A stretch of 55,019 nucleotides of DNA from Gammaproteobacteria bacterium (GCA_963855085.1 CAWLBR010000001.1:1-55019); one strand, 5' to 3'; shown: positions 20,057 to 29,891, counted from the stretch's first letter. Made by a program: numbers and translations. Notes: a model not told the origin generated them from the letters alone.

Positions 20057-20166
20057 AATGTGATCCTTTATATTTATTATTATATTTACGGCTGCTGAGT
20101 AGTGAGTAGATCCTCTAATGGGCAATAAACCCAGACCGCTATTACAGCATATTTAGCGGTTTACTC

Positions 20167-20175
20167 TGCTACAAT
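20167..20175 (+). promoter_or_regulatory. Extended -10 promoter for purD
   Basis: TGcTACAAT followed by the GC-rich CTGCGCC, 35 nt upstream of the ATG. Confidence 0.55.
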
Positions 20176-20210
20176 CTGCGCCATTATTTTTTCACTTTGG
20201 ATTTAGACAA

Positions 20211-21518
20211 ATGAATGTATTGGTTATTGGCTCAGGTGGTCGCGAACACGCTCTTGCATGGAAAGCCGCTCAGAGCAGCGATGTGGAAACTGTCTATGTG
20301 GCACCGGGTAATGCCGGCAGCGCCAGAGAAGCCAAGGTGGAAAATGTCGCCTTGGGTATAGATGATTTTGCGGCACTGGCTGATTTCGCTGCCAACAACA
20401 ATGTCGGCCTGACCATTGTCGGTCCGGAGCAGCCATTGGTCGACGGTATTGTCGACTTTTTTAACCAGCGTGACCTTCCAATATTCGGCCCATCAAAAGG
20501 CGCTGCGCAACTTGAGGGTTCCAAAGCCTTTACCAAAGATTTTTTGTTGCGCCAAAATATCCCCACCGGCTATTACCAGAACTTTACCGATATAGATGAG
20601 GCTATGGCTTACCTGCAAAAGGTAGGCGCGCCAATTGTCATTAAAGCCGACGGCTTGGCCGCGGGTAAAGGCGTGATCGTGGCAATGACCTTAGCCGAAG
20701 CGGAAGCTGCGGTGAAAGATATGCTAGCTGGCAATGCGTTTGGCGAAGCCGGCCATAGAGTGGTTATAGAAGAGTTTCTCGACGGCGAAGAGGCGAGCTT
20801 TATTGTCATGGTGGACGGCAAAAATGTTCTACCCATGGCCACAAGCCAAGATCACAAACGCGCCAGCGACGGCGACACCGGTCCTAATACCGGCGGCATG
20901 GGGGCTTACTCTCCCGCACCAGTGGTCGATGATGTGATTTATCAGCGCATTATGAACGAAGTGATTTATCCCACGGTTAAGGGCATGGCCGACGAAGGCA
21001 ATGATTACACAGGCTTCCTATACGCCGGACTGATGATCATGGCCGATGGCACGCCCAAGGTGATTGAATACAACTGTCGCTTTGGCGATCCAGAGACTCA
21101 GCCCATCTTGATGCGCTTAAAATCCAACCTGGTCAGCCACTGCCTTGCGGCACTGGATGGCGCATTGGATTCAGAGCAGGCAAGTTGGGATGCCCGTCCG
21201 GCTGTGGGGATTGTTCTGGCCGCCGGTGGCTATCCCGGTAGTTATGCAAAAGGTGATGCCATAACCGGTCTCGATACTAAAAGCACTGGTTCCATTGGGA
21301 ACAGTGAGAGTGCAAAAGTCTTTCACGCTGGTACAGCAAACAAGGACGGCCAGGTTGTTACCAACGGCGGCCGTGTGCTCTGCGCCACCGCACTGGGCAA
21401 TACGGTTGCCGAGGCGCAGCAGGCAGCCTATCAGCTGGCAGCTAGTGTCGATTTCAAGGACCTGTACAAGCGTTCTGATATTGCTTGGCGCGCCATAGAG
21501 CGCGAGCAGCAGGGCTAA
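20211..21518 (+). CDS. purD: Phosphoribosylamine-glycine ligase
   Basis: GSGGREHAL, KADGLAAGKGV, GPNTGGMG, RFGDPE. Confidence 0.98.
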   Translation: MNVLVIGSGGREHALAWKAAQSSDVETVYVAPGNAGSAREAKVENVALGIDDFAALADFAANNNVGLTIVGPEQPLVDGIVDFFNQRDLPIFGPSKGAAQLEGSKAFTKDFLLRQNIPTGYYQNFTDIDEAMAYLQKVGAPIVIKADGLAAGKGVIVAMTLAEAEAAVKDMLAGNAFGEAGHRVVIEEFLDGEEASFIVMVDGKNVLPMATSQDHKRASDGDTGPNTGGMGAYSPAPVVDDVIYQRIMNEVIYPTVKGMADEGNDYTGFLYAGLMIMADGTPKVIEYNCRFGDPETQPILMRLKSNLVSHCLAALDGALDSEQASWDARPAVGIVLAAGGYPGSYAKGDAITGLDTKSTGSIGNSESAKVFHAGTANKDGQVVTNGGRVLCATALGNTVAEAQQAAYQLAASVDFKDLYKRSDIAWRAIEREQQG

Positions 21519-21525
21519 CCGCCCA

Positions 21526-22254
21526 ATGACACTGTGGCAGCAGTTTCTCAGCGTCGAGATTGAGTTCCATTCGTTTAGTGCGCAACATCTCGGCGCCCTG
21601 ACTGTGTTTGCACTCTGCATGCTGGCAACAGTCTGGTGTATCCTCAATTTTGATGAGCGGCAGAATCTGCTTTTTAGCCGCCGAATATCGATCTTTTTGG
21701 TCATCACCGTGGTGATTTTTAGCACCATTAAAATCTACTTTAATCGCTTTAACCTGCTCATCGATCTGCCCATATCCCTGTGTAATCTTTTTGCTGTATT
21801 GGCACCGCTGCTATTTTGGCGCCCCAATCAGCGCCGCCTTGAAGTGATCTACTTTTTGGTCATGGCGGGTACACTACAGGCGATGCTAACGCCCGATCTC
21901 TATGTGGGTTTCCCCAGCAATGAGTTCTTTAAGTATTGGATTGTTCACGGAGGTCTGGTGGTGCTGGTGATACACAATATCTTTGCCTTCCAAATGTATC
22001 CGCGATTCAAAGGCGTAGTGATTACCTTTGCCTGGGTGAATGTTTACTCCGCTGCTCTCTATGGACTTAATCTGCTGATGGACGCGAACTACTTTTATTT
22101 GGTGCACAAGCCAGGCAATGCATCGATTCTCGATTTGCTTGGACCCTGGCCACTGTATATCCTGGTGGCCGAACTGGTGGCGATGGTTTTCTTTGCGCTG
22201 TTTTATCTGCCGTTTATCTTCGTCAACAAGACTGATCAGGCGGCCAAGGCGTAA
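21526..22254 (+). CDS. YwaF/TIGR02206-like integral membrane protein
   Basis: Multi-TM; LPISLC, QAMLTPDL, YWIVHG, ANYFYL, SILDLLGPWPLY. Confidence 0.75.
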   Translation: MTLWQQFLSVEIEFHSFSAQHLGALTVFALCMLATVWCILNFDERQNLLFSRRISIFLVITVVIFSTIKIYFNRFNLLIDLPISLCNLFAVLAPLLFWRPNQRRLEVIYFLVMAGTLQAMLTPDLYVGFPSNEFFKYWIVHGGLVVLVIHNIFAFQMYPRFKGVVITFAWVNVYSAALYGLNLLMDANYFYLVHKPGNASILDLLGPWPLYILVAELVAMVFFALFYLPFIFVNKTDQAAKA

Positions 22255-22343
22255 AAATAGACAAGCGCAGTCAAAGTCACTACAGTTCTGATAGAAACTT
22301 GGCCAACCAACACACTCTTTAGAAGACTCATAGAAGACCGATT

Positions 22344-22994
22344 ATGTCCCAGTCAAAACTCAAACTTTCTGCATTTGATCAGTTTATAGTTCAAGCTGAT
22401 CAAGCCCTGCGCACCATCGCTGGCAGTGCCCCAACGCCACAGCGTAGTTCGCCAGCCAAGGACGCGGTAGAGGGCGAGTTGTCTGAGCAGGAACGCAAAC
22501 ATGCTGCCGGTTTGATGCGAGTTAATCACGCTGGTGAAGTCTGCGCTCAGGCGCTCTATCAGGGCCAAGCGCTAACCGCCAAATTGCCCGAAGTGGGTCA
22601 GCAAATGGAAGAGGCTGCAGCGGAAGAGATCGATCATTTGGCTTGGTGTGAAGAACGAATTAATCAGCTTGATGGCAGTACCAGCCTATTAAATCCAATT
22701 TGGTACGCCGCTTCATTTGGTATTGGCGCAGCTGCAGGGCTAATCAGTGACAAGCTGAGCCTTGGTTTTGTCGCCGCCACTGAAGAGCAGGTATGTAACC
22801 ATCTGCAAGAGCATTTAGATCAACTGCCTGAAGATGACCACAAAAGTCGCGCGGTGATTGAACAGATGTTGATCGATGAAAAACATCATGCCGAAAGCGC
22901 CCTTGATGCTGGCGGCTATCCCTTTCCAAAACCGGTCAAGAAACTGATGACCCTGGTTTCAGGTGCTATGACGGCGAGTAGTTACAGACTCTAG
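22344..22994 (+). CDS. coq7: Demethoxyubiquinone hydroxylase (di-iron)
   Basis: [38 protein letters not shown]. Confidence 0.96.
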   Translation: MSQSKLKLSAFDQFIVQADQALRTIAGSAPTPQRSSPAKDAVEGELSEQERKHAAGLMRVNHAGEVCAQALYQGQALTAKLPEVGQQMEEAAAEEIDHLAWCEERINQLDGSTSLLNPIWYAASFGIGAAAGLISDKLSLGFVAATEEQVCNHLQEHLDQLPEDDHKSRAVIEQMLIDEKHHAESALDAGGYPFPKPVKKLMTLVSGAMTASSYRL

Positions 22995-23051
22995 TCACCG
23001 CCTACATTAATCAAACTAGCTTTCATTTAAGAGTTCGGAATCAAACCGCCC

Positions 23052-24026
23052 TTAATCGAAAAGCATTGACTGGGGCGCGTGGGGGTTTTCCATATCCCGA
23101 GCCAGATCGACAATCTTCTCTGACAACCACTGATGAATAGGCGAGCCCAGCGTTCGCTTGTGCTGTAGTAGCACCAGAGGAACCGTGCCCTCGTGGGGAA
23201 GGTCATCTGGATAGGTTTTAGTAACAATACGATAGAGCTCGCGCTCCATACCAGAACCAAACTTGGCAGATACCATCAAACAATCAGATGCGCAGATGGT
23301 TTCAATCGCTGTCATCAGCTGATTAGTCACCATCGCCTTAGAACGACTGCGCCCCTGCTCTCGCAAGGCGCGATCAAAACGGGCGTCGGTGCGGGCACTT
23401 ACCCGCTTGGCAATCAACAGATAGTACTGCACAAAGGGATATTGAAGAATTTCATCAAGGGTCACGCGGCTCTTTTTCGCCAGAGGATGTCCCTCGCGCA
23501 TCCAGATGGAGGGACTAAAGATCGCCAAGTGACGAGTCGTCACCTCCGCGGTGATCTCTCTTTTTATATCGATGGCGAAATCCAGCACACCCGCCGATAA
23601 CTCTCCAGCTACAGAGTCCGTCTCACTGGAGATCGATAAAATCACGCCTGGGGCATATTTGTTTAGCAGTGCAGTTAACTGGGATGCCAGTGATATAGCA
23701 ATAAATTCAGGGACAGCGATGGTGATCTCACCAACATAGCTAGCGGGGTCAAATTCCCCATCGGTGACCATATCGAGAATGCCATCCAACAACATTGGCA
23801 ACCGCAGCTGCAATTCCTGCGCCTTGGGGGTGGGAATTAATATATTGCCAGTGCGTGTAAATAGCGGATCATCGAGCTGCTGGCGCAGACGCTGCAGTAC
23901 CCGACTCATGGCCGGCTGGGTAATAAATAGCCGCTGTGCCGCGCGGGTAACGCTTTTCTCTTCCAACAGCGCCTGAAGAGCCACCAGTAAATTGAGGTCG
24001 AGGCGGGACAGTTTTTGTAAGTTCAT
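23052..24026 (-). CDS. LysR-family transcriptional regulator (NodD/YidZ-like branch)
   Basis: LDLNLLVALQALLEEKSVTRAAQRLFITQPAMSRVLQRLR...DPLF HTH, FDP linker, C-terminal HQWL. Confidence 0.95.
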   Translation of the reverse strand: MNLQKLSRLDLNLLVALQALLEEKSVTRAAQRLFITQPAMSRVLQRLRQQLDDPLFTRTGNILIPTPKAQELQLRLPMLLDGILDMVTDGEFDPASYVGEITIAVPEFIAISLASQLTALLNKYAPGVILSISSETDSVAGELSAGVLDFAIDIKREITAEVTTRHLAIFSPSIWMREGHPLAKKSRVTLDEILQYPFVQYYLLIAKRVSARTDARFDRALREQGRSRSKAMVTNQLMTAIETICASDCLMVSAKFGSGMERELYRIVTKTYPDDLPHEGTVPLVLLQHKRTLGSPIHQWLSEKIVDLARDMENPHAPQSMLFD

Positions 24027-24043
24027 GGGGTATTCTCAAGGTC

Positions 24044-24109
24044 ATTACAATTTGGTATATAAATAATGCGGACAATGCATTTGGATTATGACATAGCTAT
24101 GCGTATATT
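24044..24109 (+). promoter_or_regulatory. LysR-type operator pair and sigma70 promoter, copy 1
   Basis: ATTACAATTTGGTAT (24044-58), ATGC-N7-GCAT (24066-80), TTGGAT (24081-86)-N17-TATATT (24104-09). Confidence 0.75.
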
Positions 24110-24155
24110 GTCACACATAGGGCGACTTGCCCATAAACACCCACGGAGATAGACC

Positions 24156-24278
24156 ATGACACTCGTATACATACTAATCGGATTCACTGGATTAGCGGGT
24201 GCTGCAATTGCGAAAGATGACTTCGCGAACGTTAAAGCACCAAAACTCAAAGCTTCAGATAAGACGCTGACCCACTAA
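24156..24278 (+). CDS. 40-aa small protein with hydrophobic N-terminus (below the ORF-track cut-off)
   Basis: GGAG RBS before the ATG; MTLVYILIGFTGLAGAAIAKDDFANVKAPKLKASDKTLTH; has its own promoter and terminator. Confidence 0.7.
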   Translation: MTLVYILIGFTGLAGAAIAKDDFANVKAPKLKASDKTLTH

Positions 24279-24331
24279 ATCAGCGGCTTCGTACCAAACC
24301 CCTCTTAATCCTTGCTATAGGATTCTTTTAT

Positions 24332-24359
24332 AGGGGCCCTTCTTGGGCCCCTTTTTTTT
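24332..24359 (+). terminator. Rho-independent terminator of unit 1
   Basis: AGGGGCCC-TTCTT-GGGCCCCT followed by a T-run. Confidence 0.92.
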
Positions 24360-24441
24360 ATCTCGAAAAACTCATCTGGCCTATTCGCTAATTTCGCCAG
24401 AAGTAAGGAAAACCCTAAGCTATACCTTATGTACCAATACT

Positions 24442-24507
24442 ATTACAAAATGGTATGACTACGATGCAAAGAATGCATTTGCAGTATGGGGCGCAGATTT
24501 CTAATAT
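24442..24507 (+). promoter_or_regulatory. LysR-type operator pair and sigma70 promoter, copy 2
   Basis: ATTACAAAATGGTAT (24442-56), ATGC-N7-GCAT (24464-78), TTGCAG (24479-84)-N17-TAATAT (24502-07); same spacing as copy 1. Confidence 0.75.
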
Positions 24508-24513
24508 ACCCGT

Positions 24514-24637
24514 ATTGAAGTTGTACAGAGTTTTATAGATTTGCTGATTAGCAGGTCTTACACCGTTTTACCCCTACCCCTTCCTTTGAGACTTTCTCAG
24601 GATTTTTTAGGAGCCTACCTTTAGGCTCCTTTTTTTT
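24514..24637 (+). ncRNA. Candidate Hfq-type small regulatory RNA (~125 nt)
   Basis: Lies between promoter copy 2 and a + strand-only terminator; no credible ORF; hairpin 24537-24558, C-rich segment, hairpin 24582-24602, U-tract, terminator. Confidence 0.7.
24609..24637 (+). terminator. Rho-independent terminator of unit 2
   Basis: AGGAGCCTA-CCTT-TAGGCTCCT followed by a T-run; on the minus strand the stem is followed by A's, so it does not look like the osmC terminator. Confidence 0.9.
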
Positions 24638-24699
24638 GCCTGGGATTTGCTGAGAGGCTAAGGCCTGGAGATAAAGAGCCTTTTAGTTCAAGAGCTAAG

Positions 24700-25119
24700 T
24701 CAGGCCTCTATCACCTCATAGCTATGGCTCATCTCAACACCGGCGGCATTGAGCATAATCGAGGCCGAACAATATTTCTCAGCTGACAGCTCCACGGCCC
24801 TCTTAACCTGTGACTCTTTAAGGTTTGTTCCGCTAACTAGAAACCGCAGATGGATCTTGCTAAACACCGCTGGCACCGCATCAACGCGCTCAGCCTCTAC
24901 CTCAGTACGGCAATCAGTTACCTGCTGACGGCTCTTGGTGAGCATACTCATCACATCAAAGGACGCACAGCCGCCCAAGCCTAATAGCAGCATCTCCATG
25001 GGGCGAACGCCCATATTACGACCACCCTGAGCTTCAGCACCATCCATCACTATACTGTGGCCACTACCGGATTCGCCGAGAAACATTACGCCATCTACCC
25101 ACTTAATTGTTGCCTTCAT
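24700..25119 (-). CDS. OsmC-family protein (YhfA-like)
   Basis: MKATIKW, SGHSIVMDG, RPMEMLLLGLGGC, EKYCSAS; ATG 25119 after GAGG; divergent from crp. Confidence 0.92.
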   Translation of the reverse strand: MKATIKWVDGVMFLGESGSGHSIVMDGAEAQGGRNMGVRPMEMLLLGLGGCASFDVMSMLTKSRQQVTDCRTEVEAERVDAVPAVFSKIHLRFLVSGTNLKESQVKRAVELSAEKYCSASIMLNAAGVEMSHSYEVIEA

Positions 25120-25272
25120 ATACAGCCTCACTTTCAGAAGCTCAAAGATTACCATAGGGTCGATGTAAATTTTACTCGCGAGCATTATTTTTTGACTACT
25201 ATTAAATTCAGTAGTCGCAGACAAACAGTATATAAAGCGGCATGTTGCTAAACTTGTAAATGGAGAAACAAA

Positions 25273-25908
25273 TTGGCGCCTGCACCTCTAACACCACATA
25301 TTGAAAATGTGGAAGAGTTTTTATCCCATTGCCACAGACGCCGATACCCGGCGAAAAGCACCATAATCTACGCTGGTGACCAAGGAGATACCCTTTATTA
25401 CATTATTAAGGGTTCGGTCACAGTGATGATTGAAGATGACAGTGACGGCAAAGAGATCATTCTCGCCTACCTTAATCCGGGTGATTTTTTCGGCGAAATG
25501 GGCCTCTTCGACCAGGAGCATCGCAGCGCCTGGATTCGCACCAAAACCGAATGTGAAGTAGGGGAGATCAGCTACGCAAAATTTATGGAGCTGAGCAATA
25601 AACATCCCGCATTTCTCTTCGCTATCAGCAAGCAAGTTGCTCAGCGTCTCAGAGATACCACCCGCAAAGTCAGAGATTTAGCTTTTCTTGATGTGACTGG
25701 CCGAGTGGCGAGAACCTTGCTCGATCTGTGCAAAGAGCCAGATGCCATGACCCACCCAGACGGTATGCAGATTAAGATTACGCGCCAGGAGATCGGACGC
25801 ATAGTTGGCTGCTCAAGAGAGATGGTTGGCCGTGTGCTGAAAGAGCTTGAGACTCAGGGACTGGTTTCCGTGTCGGGCAAAACCATGGTGGTGTTTGGTA
25901 CTCGTTAA
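25273..25908 (+). CDS. crp: cAMP receptor protein (CRP/Vfr)
   Basis: [41 protein letters not shown]; TTG start after GGAG. Confidence 0.97.
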   Translation: MAPAPLTPHIENVEEFLSHCHRRRYPAKSTIIYAGDQGDTLYYIIKGSVTVMIEDDSDGKEIILAYLNPGDFFGEMGLFDQEHRSAWIRTKTECEVGEISYAKFMELSNKHPAFLFAISKQVAQRLRDTTRKVRDLAFLDVTGRVARTLLDLCKEPDAMTHPDGMQIKITRQEIGRIVGCSREMVGRVLKELETQGLVSVSGKTMVVFGTR

Positions 25909-26705
25909 CCAAACATCTCCGCCAGCCGCTGACCCGGCTCTTCGCTGCGCATAAAGGCCTCACCCACCAAAAAACTGTTCACATTGTGGGCGCGCATAGC
26001 GACGACATCGTCGGCGCTGTGTATGCCACTCTCGGTGATAACAATTTTGCCGGCGGGGATTTTATCGAGCAACTGATAGGTGTTGTCGAGGGAGACCTCA
26101 AAACTGTGTAGGTTGCGGTTATTGATACCTATCATTGGGTTATCCAACTTAAGCGCTATTTCCAGCTCGGCTCCGTCATGCACCTCAATCAATACATCCA
26201 TACCCAGTGACACCGCCAACTCATGAAGGTGAGTAAGCTGTTCTTCGGTCAATGCTGAGACAATTAATAGAATGCAATCGGCGCTCATGGCTCGAGCTTC
26301 GTAAACCTGATAATCATCGATAATAAAATCTTTGCGGATAACCGGCAGTTGCGTAGCGGAGCGCGCCATCTGCAAATACTCATCTGCGCCCTGAAAGAAA
26401 TCCACATCAGTCAGTACGGACAGACAGGCCGCCCCACCCAGCTCATAGCTCTCGGCAATGGCAGCTGGGTCAAAGTCTTCACGAATAACACCTTTGCTCG
26501 GAGAAGCCTTTTTAATTTCTGCAATCACTGCAGATTGGCCGGCGGCAAGCTTGGCTGCCAGTGCTGCGGCAAATCCTCTGGGTGATTGGGCGGACTTGGC
26601 GTTTTCAATTAGCTGGGCAATCGAAATCACGGCACTGCGCTCGGCAATTTCTTCCTGCTTGCGGGCGAGAATCTTTTTTAAGATGGTCGGTGTATCTGAG
26701 CTCAT
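25905..26705 (-). CDS. trpC: Indole-3-glycerol phosphate synthase
   Basis: [33 protein letters not shown]. Confidence 0.98.
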   Translation of the reverse strand: MSSDTPTILKKILARKQEEIAERSAVISIAQLIENAKSAQSPRGFAAALAAKLAAGQSAVIAEIKKASPSKGVIREDFDPAAIAESYELGGAACLSVLTDVDFFQGADEYLQMARSATQLPVIRKDFIIDDYQVYEARAMSADCILLIVSALTEEQLTHLHELAVSLGMDVLIEVHDGAELEIALKLDNPMIGINNRNLHSFEVSLDNTYQLLDKIPAGKIVITESGIHSADDVVAMRAHNVNSFLVGEAFMRSEEPGQRLAEMFG

Positions 26706-26724
26706 TCGAATTTCTCGTTATTTT

Positions 26725-27762
26725 CTAGGCGTCTTGCTGAACCTGAGTAAAGGTTGCAAGATCAGTTAGTTTGGCTCGGGCTAATCCTGCACCTATGGCG
26801 TCCTGCGCCATAGCAACGCCCTCTTTGATGTCACCGGCACAGCCAGCAACATAAAGTGCCGCACCGGCATTAAGGGCGATCAGGTCCGCGGCCTTGGTGC
26901 CATTGGCACTTGCCTGCTTGCCCAGAGCATCTTTAATCAACTCTAGGGACTGCTCGGCGTTATCGACGCTCAAGCCATCGAGACTCTGGCGCTCGATCAT
27001 AAAATCTTCAGGGGCAATGCTGTATTCACTGGCAACGCCATCTTTGAACTCAGCCACTGCAGTTTCTGCGGCAATGCTGATTTCATCTAGGCCGTCGGCG
27101 GAGTGCACCACCATAATATGTTCGGCTCCCAAACGTCCGAGCACCTCGGCCATGGGCTTGCACAGGGCTTGATCGTAGACGCCAATTAGCTGGCGGGTGA
27201 CGCCGGCAGGATTGGTCATGGGGCCAAGAATATTAAAGATGGTTCGCAGGCCCAGCTCCCGGCGCGGACCAATGGCATGTTTCATGGCGCTGTGATGGGC
27301 CGGTGCAAACATAAACCCGACACCTAATTCCTGTACGCAGAGCGCCACTTGATCGGGGCTGAGATTTAAATTAACTCCGGCGGCTTCGAGGACATCGGCG
27401 GCACCACTGTTACTGCTCACTGAGCGATTGCCATGTTTGGCAACTGATCCACCCGCGGCGGCCACCACAAAGGTTGAGGCCGTGGAGACATTAAAGAGAT
27501 TCGACTCATCGCCGCCAGTGCCCACTATATCTACTAAGCCTTCGCCTGACACTTTGACGCCAGTCGCTAACTCACGCATGACTTCAACCGCGCCAGTGAT
27601 CTCATCGATGCTTTCGCCTTTCATGCGCAGGGCAACGAGAAAACCACCGATCTGAGCTTCGGTAGCATTGCCTGTCATAATCTGGCGCATCACATCGCGC
27701 ATTTCCGGGGCGCTAAGATTTGTACCCTGCACAACGATTTCTAATGCTTGTTTAATATCCAT
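26725..27762 (-). CDS. trpD: Anthranilate phosphoribosyltransferase
   Basis: [30 protein letters not shown]. Confidence 0.98.
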   Translation of the reverse strand: MDIKQALEIVVQGTNLSAPEMRDVMRQIMTGNATEAQIGGFLVALRMKGESIDEITGAVEVMRELATGVKVSGEGLVDIVGTGGDESNLFNVSTASTFVVAAAGGSVAKHGNRSVSSNSGAADVLEAAGVNLNLSPDQVALCVQELGVGFMFAPAHHSAMKHAIGPRRELGLRTIFNILGPMTNPAGVTRQLIGVYDQALCKPMAEVLGRLGAEHIMVVHSADGLDEISIAAETAVAEFKDGVASEYSIAPEDFMIERQSLDGLSVDNAEQSLELIKDALGKQASANGTKAADLIALNAGAALYVAGCAGDIKEGVAMAQDAIGAGLARAKLTDLATFTQVQQDA

Positions 27763-27764
27763 GC

Positions 27765-28343
27765 TTAACCTTCGAGAAAATTATTCAGCAGATCATGGCC
27801 ATGCTGGGTCAGGATTGATTCCGGGTGAAATTGCACGCCTTCGATGGGCAGCGTTTTGTGACGCACCCCCATAATTTCGTCGAGACTGCCATCCTCATTT
27901 TCGGTCCAAGCTGTAATTTGAAGACAGCTGGGCAGACTGCTCTGCTCGATCACCAAGGAGTGATAGCGAGTGGCCTCAAAGGGATTAGTCAGCCCGGCAA
28001 ACACGCCACTATTACTGTGGTGCATGGGCGAGGTTTTGCCGTGCATCACTTGTTTGGCGCGAACAATCTTGCCGCCAAAGGCCTGAGCAATACTCTGATG
28101 GCCAAGGCAGACTCCGAGAATTGGAAGGCGACCTGCGAAGTGGGTAATCACCTCTACCGATATGCCCGCTTCATTAGGTGTGCAGGGGCCAGGTGAAATA
28201 ACGATCTTTTGCGGCGCCAGGCGCTCTATATCGGCAATACTAATTTCGTCGTTGCGATAGACCTGAACCTCTGCTTTTAGCTCGGCGAGATACTGAACAA
28301 TGTTGTAGGTGAACGAGTCATAGTTATCGATCATTAAAATCAT
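27765..28343 (-). CDS. trpG: Anthranilate synthase component II (glutamine amidotransferase)
   Basis: [31 protein letters not shown]; ATGA overlap with the trpE stop. Confidence 0.95.
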   Translation of the reverse strand: MILMIDNYDSFTYNIVQYLAELKAEVQVYRNDEISIADIERLAPQKIVISPGPCTPNEAGISVEVITHFAGRLPILGVCLGHQSIAQAFGGKIVRAKQVMHGKTSPMHHSNSGVFAGLTNPFEATRYHSLVIEQSSLPSCLQITAWTENEDGSLDEIMGVRHKTLPIEGVQFHPESILTQHGHDLLNNFLEG

Positions 28344-29830
28344 TTCGACTCTCCAGAAGCTTTCTCGCACACCATGGCTGCGGCACGCATTAGGGCTCGG
28401 GCTTTATTGTTGGTCTCTTTCCACTCCAGCTCGGGAACCGAATCGGCTACTACTCCAGCCCCGGCCTGAACATACAGCATGTTGTCTTTAATCACGGCAG
28501 TGCGGATGGCGATGGCGGTATCCATATTGCCATTCCAGCCGATATAACCCACTGCGCCACCGTAGATATTGCGTTTAACGGGCTCAAGCTCGTCGATAAT
28601 TTCCATTGCACGAATTTTTGGCGCACCGCTCAGGGTACCGGCGGGCAATGTTGCCTTTAACACTTCCATGGCACCCATATCGTCGGTCACCTGACCTACC
28701 ACATTAGAGGTAATATGCATTACGTGGGAGTAGCGCTCAACGACCATCTTTTCAGTGACTTCAACTGTGCCTGTTTTACTGATGCGGCCAACATCGTTGC
28801 GCCCCAAATCAATCAGCATCAGGTGCTCAGCAATCTCTTTAGGGTCGGCGAGCATCTCATCTTCCATTGCCTGATCTTCTTCCGCCGTTGCACCGCGCTT
28901 GCGAGTGCCAGCTATAGGTCGAACCGTAACTTCTCCGTCTTCAAGACGGGCGAGAACCTCTGGCGATGACCCGACAATATGAAAGCCATCGAGGTCGAGG
29001 AAGTACATATAAGGAGAGGGATTCAGGCGGCGCAGTGCGCGGTAAAGATTGATCGGCTCGGCATGAAAAGGCGCTGACAGACGCTGGGATGGCACCACTT
29101 GCATGACATCACCGGCCATCACATAGTCTTTAACTTTATTCACTGCGGCTTTGAAGTCCTGCTCGCCAAAACTCGAGACAAAGTCTTCTTCAGATATTCC
29201 ATCACCCGCCATATTCATCGTCGGCAGTTCCGGTGTCGGCTGTTCAAGCTTGGCCTCAAGCTCATCTAGGCGAGCTTCCGCTTTGGCCAAGGCCTCTTTA
29301 TCTTTGGCGTCCACATGGACCACTAACATGATGATGCCAGAGAGATTATCAAAGATCGCCACCTCATCCGAAGCCATTAACAATATATCAGGGGTTCCCA
29401 GTTCATCGGGGGGCGCGCTGTGGGCTAATTTAGGCTCCACAAAACGTACGGTGTCATAGCCAAAGTAGCCTACTAGGCCACCAGTAAACCGCGGTAGATT
29501 AGGCAGGTCGGGCATACTAAATAGCTTTCGGAACCGCTCCACTTCACCCAGGGGGTCGCTGGTCTGGCGATTGACCATCGGCTTACCGTCGCGAATAATT
29601 TCCAGCCGGTTGCCAAAGACTTTGAGAACCGTAGAAGTATGCAGGCCAATCAAAGAGTAACGGCCCCACTTCTCGCCGCCCTGCACTGATTCAAATAGGT
29701 AGGAGTTTGGCCCAAAAGCCAACTTTAAATAAACACTAAGGGGGGTTTCTAGATCAGCCAGCACTTCGCGGGTAACGGGAATACGGTTGTATTCTTGACG
29801 GGCTAATTCAGCAAATTGTTCGGGGGTCAT
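28340..29830 (-). CDS. trpE: Anthranilate synthase component I
   Basis: [49 protein letters not shown]. Confidence 0.98.
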   Translation of the reverse strand: MTPEQFAELARQEYNRIPVTREVLADLETPLSVYLKLAFGPNSYLFESVQGGEKWGRYSLIGLHTSTVLKVFGNRLEIIRDGKPMVNRQTSDPLGEVERFRKLFSMPDLPNLPRFTGGLVGYFGYDTVRFVEPKLAHSAPPDELGTPDILLMASDEVAIFDNLSGIIMLVVHVDAKDKEALAKAEARLDELEAKLEQPTPELPTMNMAGDGISEEDFVSSFGEQDFKAAVNKVKDYVMAGDVMQVVPSQRLSAPFHAEPINLYRALRRLNPSPYMYFLDLDGFHIVGSSPEVLARLEDGEVTVRPIAGTRKRGATAEEDQAMEDEMLADPKEIAEHLMLIDLGRNDVGRISKTGTVEVTEKMVVERYSHVMHITSNVVGQVTDDMGAMEVLKATLPAGTLSGAPKIRAMEIIDELEPVKRNIYGGAVGYIGWNGNMDTAIAIRTAVIKDNMLYVQAGAGVVADSVPELEWKETNNKARALMRAAAMVCEKASGESK

Positions 29831-29891
29831 AATAGGATCCTTGTTCTTTAACAGAATGTGGTGGTACAGGCGTCACAACGCCTCGATGGCT

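Noticed and set aside
21171-21728. 185-aa minus-strand ORF
   Set aside because: Overlaps purD and the YwaF-like gene on the opposite strand; shadow ORF.
24609-24637. Hairpin as merely the terminator of minus-strand osmC
   Set aside because: On the minus strand the stem is followed by A's; the U-tract is only on the + strand.
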